A stretch of DNA of 64,000 nucleotides, taken from assembly GCF_006345805.1 (NCBI RefSeq), contig NC_043007.1:73966001-74030000 (forward strand), written 5' to 3'. This DNA is from Octopus sinensis (taxonomy: Eukaryota). Numbering within the stretch: position 1 is the stretch's first letter; each line of letters begins with the position of its first letter. Of the stretch, positions 37,970 through 51,361 are shown piece by piece. The notes under the pieces are model-generated. The model worked only from the letters and a program-made list of their open reading frames with translations, made no database searches and was not told the DNA's origin. The position numbers were made by a program, and so were the translations under genes.

Positions 37970-38150
37970 GGATGTTTACGAAAATAAACAAAAGACGAAG
38001 GCAGGTGGAGTACAAATAAATAAAATGTATTTATGCGCTCAGGAATAGAAATAGAAACAGTCTTTTACGTTTCGAGCCTACGCTTCTTCGACAGGAAGAT
38101 ACACAGAAAAAAACAAGAAGAGAAAAAGTGCGTGTAGGAGCTAACGATCT
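37970..38150 (-). repeat. (TA)n-flanked Penelope-like mini-element with a degenerate hammerhead (core CUGUCGA)
   Basis: Homologous to 57520-57720; minus strand reads ctgtcga a gaagc gtag gctc gaa acgt a aaaga (38061-38099). Confidence 0.55.
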
Positions 38151-38183
38151 ATATCATATATCTGTATATTATATATATATATT

Positions 38184-38234
<51 letters not shown>

Positions 38235-38639
38235 ATATATATTATATTATTATATATATATATATATCAAAATGGGACAAGAAGGCGAAACATTCAGATA
38301 GCCGATACAAACACATGGACGGGTCATTCGAAGCCTTTAATCTTCAATCAAGAACCGGATCATCCTCGCAATTTCGGTTGATTAATCTTGAGATTACTCC
38401 AATCTGGCCAGCCCCAAGGAAAAACTAAACTAAGATCATTAGATTCCTTTGGAAAAAGCATCGAATGTATACGAAACAAAGACGGGAAAACGGACGATGT
38501 TACACGAATATAAATACAAAAATAATACATGTATGTATGTATGTATGTATGTATGTATGTATGTATGTATGCATGTATGTATGTATGCATGTATGTATGT
38601 ATGTATGTATGTATGTATGTATGCATGCATGCATGTACG

Positions 38640-39240
38640 TATGTCTTTCCTGTAGTTAAATCATTTAAATTCTTCCTTTGAAGAAAGAGCTGGTTTCTAA
38701 CAAAGATACAAAGCTCCATCTTTGGAATGTAGATAATGAAGACAATGTCACATTTTAAACCTGATAAAAGTCTTGCATAGTATTTGTTATGTGCGAATCA
38801 GTTTGTTGATTTCTCTTTTTGAAAATCCAAGCTTATCCAGACCGACAGCTAGACATTTACAAAACCAAGTGCTCCAATTATTATTGGTATAAATGTAAAT
38901 TTGTTACCCGGACATAGAAGCTGGAGATATCGAAGAGCTATTCACATCAGCAGGACAGATGTCCTCCTTTTCTTTTGTATCCCAAACAACAATGTCCGAC
39001 CAGTTATGTTTATAGTTGACAGATGTTTTGATGGGAATGTTTCACTAGTTTTCCTAGTACTGGTATTTTGTGCACGCACTCAGTAACACGAGGAGCCTCT
39101 ATAATTATTCCAGGACAGTCTTACTTCCGAGTGGCATTATACATTGTTTTTGCAATAACATTATGTCGCATAGGAAGGGTGTACCCTGATGACATTTTTG
39201 GGCAGCTGCTAATCACATGTATGATGTCTTCCACATAAAT
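38640..39240 (-). mobile_element. 3' fragment of R4-like family D, between (TACA)n tracts
   Basis: VEDIIHVISSCPKMSS..MRHNVIAK, DIVVWD and FIPIIIGALG; homologous to 44150-44710; the 3' UTR motif atggagctttgtatctttgttag also occurs at 43164. Confidence 0.75.
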
Positions 39241-39635
39241 ATGTATGTATGTATGTATGTATATATGTATGTATGTATGTATGTACTTACATATAAGAGA
39301 ACAAAGTGTACGTATGCCGCTATATATATATATATATATAATAAAATACAAAATGGAACAAGAACGCAAAACATCCGGACAACTAGGTGATACAAAAAGG
39401 GACAACAAAACATCCAGATAGACGATACAAAAAAAAAACACGGACGGGTCATTCGAAGCCTTTTATTTTCAGTCAAGAACCGGATCATCCTCGCAATTTC
39501 GGCTGATTAATCTTGAGATTGCTCTATGTATGTATGTATGTATGTATGTATGTATGTATGTATGTATGTAGTATGTATGTATGTATGTATGTATGTATAT
39601 ATGTATGTGTGTATGTATGTATGTATGTTTGTATG

Positions 39636-40197
39636 TATGTAAATCAGTGTAAACCTAAAAAGAGGTTTAAGGACTGCACAAGCACTAACATGAAGTCACT
39701 TGGAATGGATCCACAGGTCATAGAAACCCTCGCTTCGGATCGAACTGGATAGCTAACAAAAGTGTGGAGTGGAGTGAAAGCTTTTGAAGAGGCCCAGGAT
39801 GACCCAAGCAAGATTCAAGCGAAATTTAAAGAAGAGGGTTAATCTCAATTTGTGACCGACCATGCCTGTCTTTTGCTGAGCTCAAATTTCATTTGCGGAC
39901 CCATGAAAACGGACCTCCACCAACTACTCTGCCTATATATCTGTACATATCTGTCATTGCTGTGTATGCTATAAGGTCTGCAAATCTAACGGAGGCCTCA
40001 GAAGACATTTTAAGATTCACAAAGATCAGAATTTATCTGCAGCTCTTGGTGGTCCAAATCAGATATGCAATCTATATGCGTGTCTTTTCAAAATATTGTC
40101 TGGTTAAAAAAGCTATATCAGATGCCATGATAGGCCTAAGGTTTAAGGACAAGAGGTGATCAAACTGTGCATAAGGAGTGGACAACTACCACCACCA
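39636..40197 (+). mobile_element. 3' end of an RTE-like LINE
   Basis: KPKKRFKD..MKSLGMD..ETLASDRTG, followed by a C2H2-like remnant; typical RTE C-terminus; duplicated at 40928-41302. Confidence 0.7.
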
Positions 40198-40276
40198 CGC
40201 CATGTATGTATCTATGTATGATTGTATGTTTCTATGTATATGTATGCATGTATATCTGTGTTTGTTTGCACGTATG

Positions 40277-40310
<34 letters not shown>

Positions 40311-40329
40311 TGTATGTATGTATGTATGT

Positions 40330-40860
40330 AGTTCAGGTCACTTTCGAGTGCTACTGGTAACATGTAACCCAGTACTACCTGTTGCATGGTCGGGTCGTCG
40401 GCGACTAAACCGGCAACCCCACCAAGCTCGCTTGGTGAGGAGGGTGTTTATTGGTCACCCTGCGGGATGAAAAACAAAACCCGTCAAAGGGCGGAGGAAC
40501 TATTGAGAGTCAACGGCCATCCAATAAATGTCTTAAAGCTGTATCATGCGCGGGGACATAGAAATAATCGGACTGAATACCCGATCGCGCAGTTAAACCA
40601 TTGGGAGTGAAGGACTCCTAGCCTTTGTCAGGGCATCCTTCTAGGAGAAGGCAACTCAGGTAACTGGGATAACTCCGTCATAAAACCTGCGGCTCAGTGG
40701 TTACCGATGATGTTGACTTGTTCTTTCTTTCGGATTATGGCTGCTGTTGCTTAGTGAGTGGATTGACTCAGTGCACGCCTTTCCTCACTTTAAAAATATG
40801 CACAGGCATTGCACGATAACAACATTGATTAAGCTTCGTGCGATGGCCATACTCGATAAC
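40330..40860 (+). mobile_element. Probable RTE-like 5' region with a degenerate HDV-like ribozyme fold
   Basis: GC-richer segment between (ATGT)n tracts; 40358-40413 partly fits the HDV double-pseudoknot. Confidence 0.4.
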
Positions 40861-40927
40861 GAGGGGGCAGCCACCATGCATGTATGTATGTATGTATGTG
40901 TTGTGTGTGTGTATGTATGTTTGTATG

Positions 40928-41302
40928 TATGTAAATCAGTGTAAACCTAAAAAGAGGTTTAAGGACTGCACAAGCACTAACATGAAGTCACTTGGAATGG
41001 ATTCAAAGGTCATAGAAACCCTCGCTTCGGATCGAACTGGATAGCTAACAAAAGTGTGGAGTGGAGTGAAAGCTTTTGAAGAGGCCCAGGATGATCCAAG
41101 CAAGATTCAAGCGAAATTTAAAGAAGAGGGTTAATCTCAATTTGTGACCGACTATGCCTGTCTTTTGCTGAGCTCAAATCTCATTTGCGGACCCATGAAA
41201 ACGGACCTCCACCAACTACTCTGCCTATATATCTGTACATTTCTGTCCTTGCTGTGTATGCTATAAGGTCTGCAAATCTAACGGAGGCCTCAGAAGACAT
41301 TT
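40928..41302 (+). repeat. Direct duplicate of 39636-40010
   Basis: Near-identical sequence including the 5' microsatellite junction. Confidence 0.9.
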
Positions 41303-41631
41303 ATGTATTTAGGTTGGTAGGTAGGTAGGTAGGTAGGTAGGTAGGTGTAAGTCTTGTCCAGACTATGACATTAAACTGCATCCCGTGGTGAGGCTCCAGT
41401 TTGAGAATTCCCGAGTCACTTTAATCAAATGATGTACAAGTTTCTCACTTATACATTTATTGTGAGAGGGCTAACATCTGTCAAGTATGTATGTATGTAT
41501 GTATGTATGTATGTATGTATGTATGTATGTATGTATGTATGTATGTATGTATGTTATGTTTGCACGTGTGTGTATGCATGATGTAAGTATGTAGGTATGC
41601 ATGTATGAATGTATGTCTGCATGTGTATATC

Positions 41632-41671
<40 letters not shown>

Positions 41672-41672
41672 T

Positions 41673-41882
41673 AAAATAGAAAAGTGTGAAAAAAACTACA
41701 GAAAGCTTGTTTTATAAGGTTAAAGAATATATTTAAGTCGTTATGTTAGAAAAATGTTATAAAATTTTGTATATAGTAGCATAGTTTTTTGAGAAATAAC
41801 ATTATTCTAACATAACGACTTAAATATATTCTTTAACCTTATAAAACAAGCCTTCTGTAGTTTTTTCACTCTTTTCTATTTT
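41673..41882. repeat. ~87-bp inverted repeat with 35-nt spacer, within (TA)n
   Basis: 41673-41760 is the reverse complement of 41796-41882 with a few mismatches. Confidence 0.88.
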
Positions 41883-41958
41883 TATACATCTAACAACGTG
41901 CTTTCACACACCAACTTTTCACCTATATACATATATATATATATATATACTTACATAT

Positions 41959-42024
<66 letters not shown>

Positions 42025-42216
42025 TATATATAACACACATACATATATATATATACAATATATATATATACATATTAGTAATATAATAATAGCTTTAATG
42101 GTTTTTAAAAACCACAATTATTTACTGGTAGATTTCGGCATGTAAATTATAACCATTAACGGTAGAACTTCTATGAAAGTTCAATATATATTTTGTATAT
42201 AAATAAAAAAGGCAGG

Positions 42217-42275
<59 letters not shown>

Positions 42276-42320
42276 CATATACATATATATATTCATACAT
42301 ATATATACATTCACATATAT

Positions 42321-42351
<31 letters not shown>

Positions 42352-42754
42352 TACATACATATATATACACATATATATACACTCACATATATATATATAC
42401 ATACACCCACACGCACACACACCCACACACATATATGTTATGCATGCATTTTTATATGTATGTATGTGTGTATGTATATGAATACGTTTGTATGCATGCA
42501 TGTGTGTGTGTGCGTGTGTGTGTGTGTGCGTGTGTGTGTGTTATGCATGTACGCATTTTCCTATGTATGTGTGTATCTATTGTACGTACCTGAGTCAGAT
42601 CCGGTACTGACTCATTTACAAAAGAAGCTGCTAGTTTCTAATCACGTGCTGGTTTATTATCAAGTGTCGGACATTTTGTCGTTCTTACAAAGACTTGTTA
42701 TAATCAACCTCAACGTTTAATACAAGTTTTACGCGTTACTCGACCCACCTCACA

Positions 42755-42857
<103 letters not shown>

Positions 42858-42984
42858 ATGTGTCTGAGTGTATATGTGCTTGTAACAATGTATGCACGTA
42901 TGTATGTGTGCATATGTTTCTAAGTCCGTCTGTGATATGTGATGAGTAATTATTAATGATTATTAAATAAAAACGACTACATAA

Positions 42985-43026
<42 letters not shown>

Positions 43027-43759
43027 CACACACACGCGCGCACATACATATATATATTATATATACACACACATACACACAAACAGGTAAACAACACAGA
43101 CATATACATACACACATACATAAATACATACATACATACATACGTGGTACCTATATTCGAACAATGGAGCTTTGTATCTTTGTTAGCAACGACACTTCTC
43201 TGTCAAGAAGAGTTCAAATAACTAAAAGTAAGAACATACATATATACATGCATGCATGCATACATACATACATACATACATACATACATACATACATACA
43301 TACATACATACATAAATACATACACACTCATTCATACCTGCCTACCTACCTACCTACCTACCTACCTACATACATACATACATACATACATACATACATA
43401 CATACATACATACATACATACATTCATAACTACATACATACATACATATGCAAAAAATATGCATGAGATGAAAAAGAGCCTTGACCTACTTACACATACG
43501 AAACAGTGGCCCACAATGTGTTTGCAGTGTCAGTACTCATACCAAAATTTTAGGCTGCAATCCGATCCATTGATGCGAAACCCGAACAATACTAACACGC
43601 ACACATAATTTCCACGTCAACAGTGACGTAGACTGCCTCTACCTAAAACGAAAACAAGGCAACAGAGGCTTAACATCGATCCAAAATACCTTTGAATGTC
43701 GTATCATATCCCTTCGGCAACATCTTTTAACCACCAAGTGTCAAAGTCCATCCCTTGAC

Positions 43760-44710
43760 CAAGTTTGCATACATGAGGCTGATACCATCATAAGACTTGG
43801 AAGGTAGCTCCTTGAGCAACATTCTTTGTCTGATAACCTAGAATGCATGCCCAAAGAAGTCGCATGACTTTACCGCAACGTATCATCAGATGATAGGATG
43901 AGCCTATATGAGCAGCAGATTATGCAAATATATGTTAGTAGAAAGCTCCAAGATGATAGTAACATTGATCATCAAAGCAGTTTATCATAGACCAATAACC
44001 GGATTAGTACCTCTCACTTTGAAGGGTATGCGTTCGCCATCCAGGAATAGGAAATATCAACCAATACCTACTGCACAAAAGTGATAGAGACGTAGGAAAA
44101 GCAGTAAAATATGACAACCGATGCAGACTTTGTGGAGCTAACACCGAAGATATCACCCACATCATAAGCAGTTTTCCGAAAATGTCATCACGGTATTATC
44201 TACTGATGAGACATGATGTTGTAGCTAAGACACTCTATAATGAAATCCGCTGGAAAGATAAGCCCGATGACAAAGAAATCAGAAACCACAGTATGGTAGA
44301 AGCCATAGCCATTCATAATAAAAAGGAGTACTGGTGGAATGTCCCACTAAAGACCTCAATAAAATGTGAGCACAACAAACCTGATATAATGATCTGGGAC
44401 AGAAAAGAGAAACTGTGTACTGTTGTGGAAATTAGATGCTCAGCGGATGTTAACATAAAGCTGAAGATCAGTGAAAAAGAGAATACCTACGCTGAACTAT
44501 TGAGAAATCTGCAGTTACTCTATCCAGATAACAAGTTTAAGTTTATACCTGTAATTATTGGGGCCCTGGGATATGTAACACACTGCCTAAGTACCAACCT
44601 TGAGAAATTAGGTTTCTCAAAACCAGAAAGGAAAAAGCTAAGTCGAAGACTACTGATCCAATCCATCACTGGAACTGTAAAAATCTGTAAAACTTTCCAG
44701 GAGTTTAGCA
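43760..44710 (+). mobile_element. 3' fragment of R4-like family D (CCHC + REL), followed by (CATA)n
   Basis: FEGYAFAIQE, CRLCGANTEDITHIISS, MRHDVVAK, EYWWNV..NKPDIMIWD..VVEI and FIPVIIGALG. Confidence 0.82.
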
Positions 44711-45021
44711 TTTACATACATATGAGCATGTCTAGATATGCAAATGTATGCATGAGAATACATACATAAAGCAAAGCATACAAATCTGCACATATATATA
44801 CATACATACATATATACATACATACATACAAACATACATACATACATACAAAATTATATATACACACTCACATCCTTATATATATACATATATGCATACA
44901 CATACACATGTAGATACAGACATACACAGATACACACATAATACGCTCACAAATACTCACGTACATACACACACATAGATTCATAAATACATACATGCAT
45001 AATTATAGAAACACACATCCT

Positions 45022-45090
<69 letters not shown>

Positions 45091-45239
45091 CATACATGCA
45101 TACACATATATATACATACATACATACACATACATATGCATGCACACTTACATCCATACATATATACTTATGCACACATACACATACATACATACATACA
45201 TACATACATACATACATACATACATACATACATACATAA

Positions 45240-45890
45240 GATATTTGAAAGATCAGAATATCCGAGAAAACCGACCAACGGTACGAACAGGAAGGAAATG
45301 GAAATCGGACAGTGCAATCGGAAAGCTAAGGCATGCCGATATAGTCGGAGCGACGCAAGAAGCAAGAGCCAGTCTAGGATTGTACCATTTTGCATGATCA
45401 GTGTAAAAGAGAGTGAGAAAGGAGGGAAAAGGAAGGCAAAATGTATATTTGGTGCAATGTAGTCAACAGGGACAGAGCCTGAGATGAGAGGTAGATGTGG
45501 TCAGTCGTAGAATCTCATGGATTCTTTGGGCATGGAAACTTTGGGCTTGGGAACAAGCAAAAACATCCTTCCTGATCAAGACTGCCTTCGACGTTTTGCA
45601 TTCACCGGCCAATTTAGTCCAGTGTAACATACAAGCGACTGATGAATGTAGATGCGGAGAGAAATCGACGGTAAGACATGTTCTGTCAAACTGCAGGCTA
45701 GCACTAGACAGATATACCTGGCGTCACAATCAAGTCCTCAATGTCATAAGCGCATCGCTCAAGAAGACCGAGGGATATAATAGGGGAGAGTACCCAAAAG
45801 TGGAAAAGCACAGAAGGATATACTTCCAGAATGAAGGAAAGGACATAAGACCAGGCCAGCTTGTCGGCTCTGAGAACTACGTAAACGATA
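45240..45890 (+). mobile_element. HERO-like non-LTR retrotransposon fragment
   Basis: [31 protein letters not shown] and CRCGEKSTVRHVLSNC..RYTWRHNQVL. Confidence 0.72.
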
Positions 45891-46226
45891 TGTATGTCTG
45901 TGGAGTACTCAGTCACTTGCGAGTTAATTTTATCCTCGTGTTGTAAGGAAAAGTGAAAGCGACATCCAATATTTGCTGTGTCTATGTATCTATGTATCAA
46001 CTTTTCTTTGGATCTTTGTATCTTCTGTGTCTCTCACTTCCTCTGTGTCCCTCCTCTCTCCCGTTTTTAATTTAACAATGTGTGTACGTATCTATGTATC
46101 AACTTTTCTTTCGATCTATGTATCTACTTTTGCGATATGATAAACATTTAAAAACACAAAACGAACACCATCACCACTCAATGTCTCTTTAACTCTCTCT
46201 CACACTATCTCTCTCTTTCTCTCTTA

Positions 46227-46257
<31 letters not shown>

Positions 46258-46350
46258 CCTTACTTCCTCTCTGAAACATTTAAAAACACAAAACGAACGC
46301 CGTCACCACTCACTGTCCCTTTCACTTTCTCTCTCTTTCTTTCCCTCTCA

Positions 46351-46382
<32 letters not shown>

Positions 46383-46468
46383 CTTTGCCACTCACTTCTT
46401 CCTTTAATGTAAGTGTAACACACACCACAGGTACGTACAAAAACAGATAAAACTAAGCGTATTAATAG

Positions 46469-47304
46469 TGTTATGGGGGTCAATTCAGGGACAGTGTTTG
46501 CGACCGACTTTTTGTGACCTGGCGTCAAGCAGGCGAGTAAATCCTTTGTTCCGTCAGATTCTGGGGAGAGTGATGAGTTTTGAGGAGACCTTTGGCCTTG
46601 TTACCGTCAAGGAAAGTTCGAGGAAGCTACCCTATAAAAAAGCAGGAGTTGTGAGTCTGTGGACAGTCGGCCGGCAGTTCTGGCCAGAGACGGGACTGAT
46701 ACGACGGCGGTCAGTTGAGAAAGACAGACAGACAATGTGAGGGATGACCAGCGAGAGAATGACAGTGAATGTGAAAGAGGAAGACAGGCAGATAAGATTA
46801 CGGCGAGAGGCAACGACAACGTGGAGAAGGACATACACATAGGATTAAGGAGCTAATAGAGAGGGACTAAGGTATGAGGGCACTGGCTATTGTGTAACGG
46901 TATATGTTTATTTATGTTTTGATATGTGAAAAAAGAAGGAAAAAGAATTGTTGAAATGTAAAAGAATTGATGTGTTGAAAAAAAAGAGAAAGAAGGAAAG
47001 AGGAAAAGAAAGAGCTGTGTAAATAGTTGTTGAAAAGAAAGAAAGAAGGAGAAAGACTCTAATGTATTGAACTGTATCGTTAATGTGAACGTTATTTGTT
47101 TTAAATTGATCTGAACATTAATGGAACTCTGAACTGTATATTGTATCTGCATGCTTTAATTTGTTGTTTTCTTGCTTTCTTGCACGTATTTTCTTTGATG
47201 TATTTGATGTAATAATTGATCGGGCCGGTAAATCGTCGTCGCTCGACTTGGTAGGGTCCTGGGTTTTCCGAAGAGTTTGAGCGACGGCAGGTGATTTTGT
47301 AACA
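46469..47304. mobile_element. Probable solo LTR (~836 bp)
   Basis: TGTTA...TAACA termini; TATA-like ctataaaa near 46631; flanks ATAG / ATAT (imperfect 4-bp TSD); no ORF. Confidence 0.55.
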
Positions 47305-48117
47305 ATATTATAGAGAAGGTCAACCGAAAATAGGTTTGGTTTCTAAATTAATGGTTCTTGATTGGAGTCCATATACGACTCGGGGGTGGGGTCCATGCAA
47401 GCAAAATAGTAAATTAGGGACCCTCAGTACTGAATTAGGGGTCCGTGAAAAGTTTTGCTTTAGACATATTTATTGCGAGAAACAGCTAGATTTCTTTCTC
47501 GAATGTTCTACATAGTTCAACCTACACATCTTAATCTTTGAAAAACAAAATAGTAAGTTTGAAAGAAGTATTTATAAAACCTTTTTGAACATCGAATGGC
47601 GATGGGGATCCGCCAGGACAGAATAATAGTCAAAGAGGTCCTCTTTACCATCTCTTTTACTTGTTTCAGTCATTTGACCGCGGCCATGCTGGAGCACCGC
47701 CTTTAATCTAGCAACTCGACCCCGGACTTATTCTTTTGTAAGCCCAGTACTTATTCTATCGGTCTCTTTTGCCGAACCGCTAAGTTACGGGGACATAAAC
47801 ACACCAGCATCGGTTGTCAAGCAATGCTAGGGGGACAAACACAGACATACAAATACACACACGAATATATATACATATATACGACGGGCTTCTTTCAGTT
47901 TCCGTCTACCAAATCCACTCACAAGGCTTTGGTTGGCCCGAGGTTATAGTAGAAGACACTTGCCCAAGGTGCCACGCAGTGGGACTGAACCCGGAACCAT
48001 GTGGTTGGTAAACAAACTACTTACCACACAGCCACTCCTACGCCTATAGATAAAAAAAAATGATTGAAGATGAAATCACTTCACTCAACAAACAAAAAAT
48101 GCCAAATCAATATGTTG

Positions 48118-48510
48118 GGATCTTTTCGGTTTGACCGGCAGTTTCTTAAAATAATCTCCACGTAACTAAACACTTTTAAACTTCATATCTTTTTCTCTTG
48201 ACTTTATTGAGAAAAGTCTATAGTTTGTAAGATATTTGTTGCTGTTTTTCTTCAAATTCTGCAATTTCAACCAATCAATGACGTCTATTGAGGTAAAAAA
48301 AAAGAAGCATTTTGTGCCGTATGAATATGTCCCTCGTTTAAGAAACAGATTGGGTTTATTTACATTTCTGAAGAAAAAAAGATACCCTTCCCCCTACCCT
48401 TAACCCTAAAACAGATTGAAATGCAATAGATCGATACTAGGGTCATAATTATGGGTGACAATTTCAAATGACACCGCTAGAAAAAACTGCCGGTCAAACC
48501 GAAAAGATCC
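48118..48510. mobile_element. MITE with 27-bp TIRs and 8-bp TSD (hAT- or P-type)
   Basis: GGATCTTTTCGGTTTGACCGGCAGTTT and its inverse; ATATGTTG duplicated at 48110-48117 and 48511-48518. Confidence 0.88.
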
Positions 48511-49255
48511 ATATGTTGTTGCTAATTGTGATAGTGGTGCCGGTCGCCGTCGAGACCGCAGATAGTGGTGCCGGTCGCCGTCGCACCGCCGATTTCCTCC
48601 ACAAAATCGGAATAACTGTGGCTCCTCTGAGAAATGAGCCCCACGAGGTGGGATGACTGCCGGCCATTCTCTGCGGTAACGCCTTTGCATCCTCACCCCC
48701 AAAATCTTCTGCTGTTTAATGACCCTCACCTTTTTTTTCTTTGCTTTCTTGGTGGGGTTTTTTTTTTCGATAATTTGATCTTTCATACTTTTAAATGTTT
48801 TTTCCTTTCTTTTTTTCCTGTAAAAATATGTGAATAATAAATTCGCAATATATTACAAAATAGGATCTGTCGAAATATTGTTCGATTCGTTCAGATCAAT
48901 AGACAAAGTCAATCTCTATTTATTGCCATAATATAAAAACGCCACCGAAAATGTGTTGAATACAAAATCACTTCACTCAGTAAACAAAAACTACCAGATC
49001 AATATATACTGTTGCGAATGAGAGGGAGGTTAAATATCAAGTAATACTATACATATTTCCTTATTTGTCTATAGGAGTAGAAACTCGTTAGCTTCTCGAC
49101 CACATGGTTCCGGGTTCAGTCCCACAGCATGCCACGTGGGCTAAGTGTTTTATGATATAGCCTTGGGCTGACTAAATCGTTGGGAGTGGATTTGGTTGAC
49201 GGAAAGTGAAAGAAGCCCGTCGTATACGACATAGATGTGTGTGCGTGCATGCATG

Positions 49256-49317
<62 letters not shown>

Positions 49318-49699
49318 CGTGCGTGTATGTGTGTGTGTGTGAAAAATGTATAAAGAAACGACGTAGCGTATACTGAATGTAAAAACGAACGGAAGATAAA
49401 CAGAAGGTCCGTAACCCTTCATTAGTTATCGACTAATGTATGTACCCGGTGGTAAGGCTCCAGTTCAGAGTCCGGGTGTTATGAGGAGAATGGTGATACC
49501 GAGTCACCCTTTAATTACCTCTACTTTCCGGTCCGTTCTGACTCGGAACAGTAGAACCTGTCAGGGTCTCGTCTATGGGTTAAATAAATATCCCAGGAGT
49601 AGCAGGAGGCTAAGAAAACCGTAAGGAAGGCATCTATTTTATGTCAGGATAAACTACCTGCATCTACTTCCTATAAAAGCAGGTAGTAATTTTACCTTG

Positions 49700-50847
49700 T
49701 ACTTATACTTAGTGCAAGTTTTGAAGAGTGCAGTTCGATTTTAACAGTTATTTTCTCAAAGCTATAATAGAAGTGACAAAGAAGCATATTCGGCATATTT
49801 TGCTTAATGTGTTCAATAAAGGCAACAACGGAACGAAAAGTACGAGGAATATTAATGCAGTATATGGGGATTGGGCAATAAGGGTAAACCAGTGTCAACG
49901 GTGGTTCCAGAAATTCCGAGCCGGAAACTACATCCCAGAAGACGATCCTCGTCCTGGAAGATCTGTTGAGATCGACGAGGACGTTCTGCAAACCCTAGTG
50001 GTACAATATCCTATTGTAACTGTTGAGGAACTAGTAGAGAAGGTAGGATTTAGTCGCTCAACCATTCATCAGAAAAGTCAGCAAATTGGGTCCATGTGTT
50101 CCTCACAAACTTTTCGAGTTTAATCGCGCGCAGAGAGTGAATGTGTGCTCTCTTTGCTGTGACGTTTCATGAATGAACCTTTTTTGGACCGAGTATTGAC
50201 TGGTGACGGGAAATGAATTCTCTATAAAAATGTCAAGCGCCGAAGAGAGCGAGTAGGGAAAGGAGAAACATCGACGCTCCCAGGCTAAAGAAGGTTTTCC
50301 GCTACATAATGTGCTGTTATCTATTTGGTAGGATATAAAAAGTTTCGTCCACTTTGAACTTTTAAACCCAAACCAAACGATAACAAAGGAGATACTACGT
50401 GCAGCTTGAGCGACTTAGATCAGCGCTAGAAGAAAAACGAGTGTTTGGTTTCAAGAGGAAAGGTGTCCTTCTATCAGAATAATGCTCGGTCATATACAGC
50501 GAAGATGACATTCCAAAGGCTGGAACAGTTTGAATGGGAAACGATGCCCCACCCACCATATTGCTGGACACTGCTCCATCTGCTTATCATTTATTCCGCA
50601 GTCTTCAAAGTCATTTGGATGGAAAATATACAAATTTTGTAGACAGGGTCAGAACAGTACTGGAGGAGTATTTTTCGTCCAGGACAAGGGAATTTTGGAA
50701 GTGGGGTCTTACAAGTCAACCAGATAGATGGAAGACCATTGTAGAAAATGAAGGAGAGTATATTTTAGATTAAAAAAGAACTTTATTTCAATTTTGAAAC
50801 ATTAAAAGAAGTATATAAAAAAAAGCATTATTTATGGGATGACCCAA
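49700..50847 (+). mobile_element. Decayed mariner transposon (cecropia/Hsmar1-like)
   Basis: KKHIRHILL..CQRWFQKFRAG..DDPRPGR, VLTGDGK, FYQNNARSY and HPPY..APSAYHLFRSL; right TIR ttatttatgggatgacccaa followed by TA. Confidence 0.88.
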
Positions 50848-51361
50848 TATATACAAGAATTTGTCACTTATATCCAATGGCGTACAGATGTCTCTGAATG
50901 TGAGACGGCTATGAAAAGAACGATGTAATCATCGTATTATATACATGAGCGCGAGCGTGCGTGTGCCTGTAAGTGTTTATACACGTATATGTGTATGTAT
51001 GTATGTATATATGTACATATCTATACATGTATATATATATGTATATATGTGAGTGTGTGTGTGTGTGTGTGTACACAAGGAGTTTTCGTCAATGACGCAA
51101 TGTAATAGATATGTAACATAAGTACTCAGTTTGATTTACCACAAAACCTTCGGTTTGAACTACAAAAGTGTGATGTTGAGATTGCTTATCAGAGACGGTT
51201 AGAAGTGGTTTATCCTTGAACGAGTAGACATAGAATGAAGTAAGAAATAAAAAACCAAAACATTTGGCATCAATCGAAAAAAGACATTTAATTTAATATA
51301 AGTACATATGTTTATATTCTCTGTCGAAAATCAAAAATCTTTCTCGAGTGATGTCAAATAT

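Noticed and set aside
38340-38460. Hammerhead in the (TA)n-flanked repeat also present at 39340-39525
   Set aside because: A ccgaaa motif is present but no acceptable core or stem arrangement could be built by eye.
48390-48410. Telomere-like taaccctaa motif
   Set aside because: One or two units inside a MITE, not an array.
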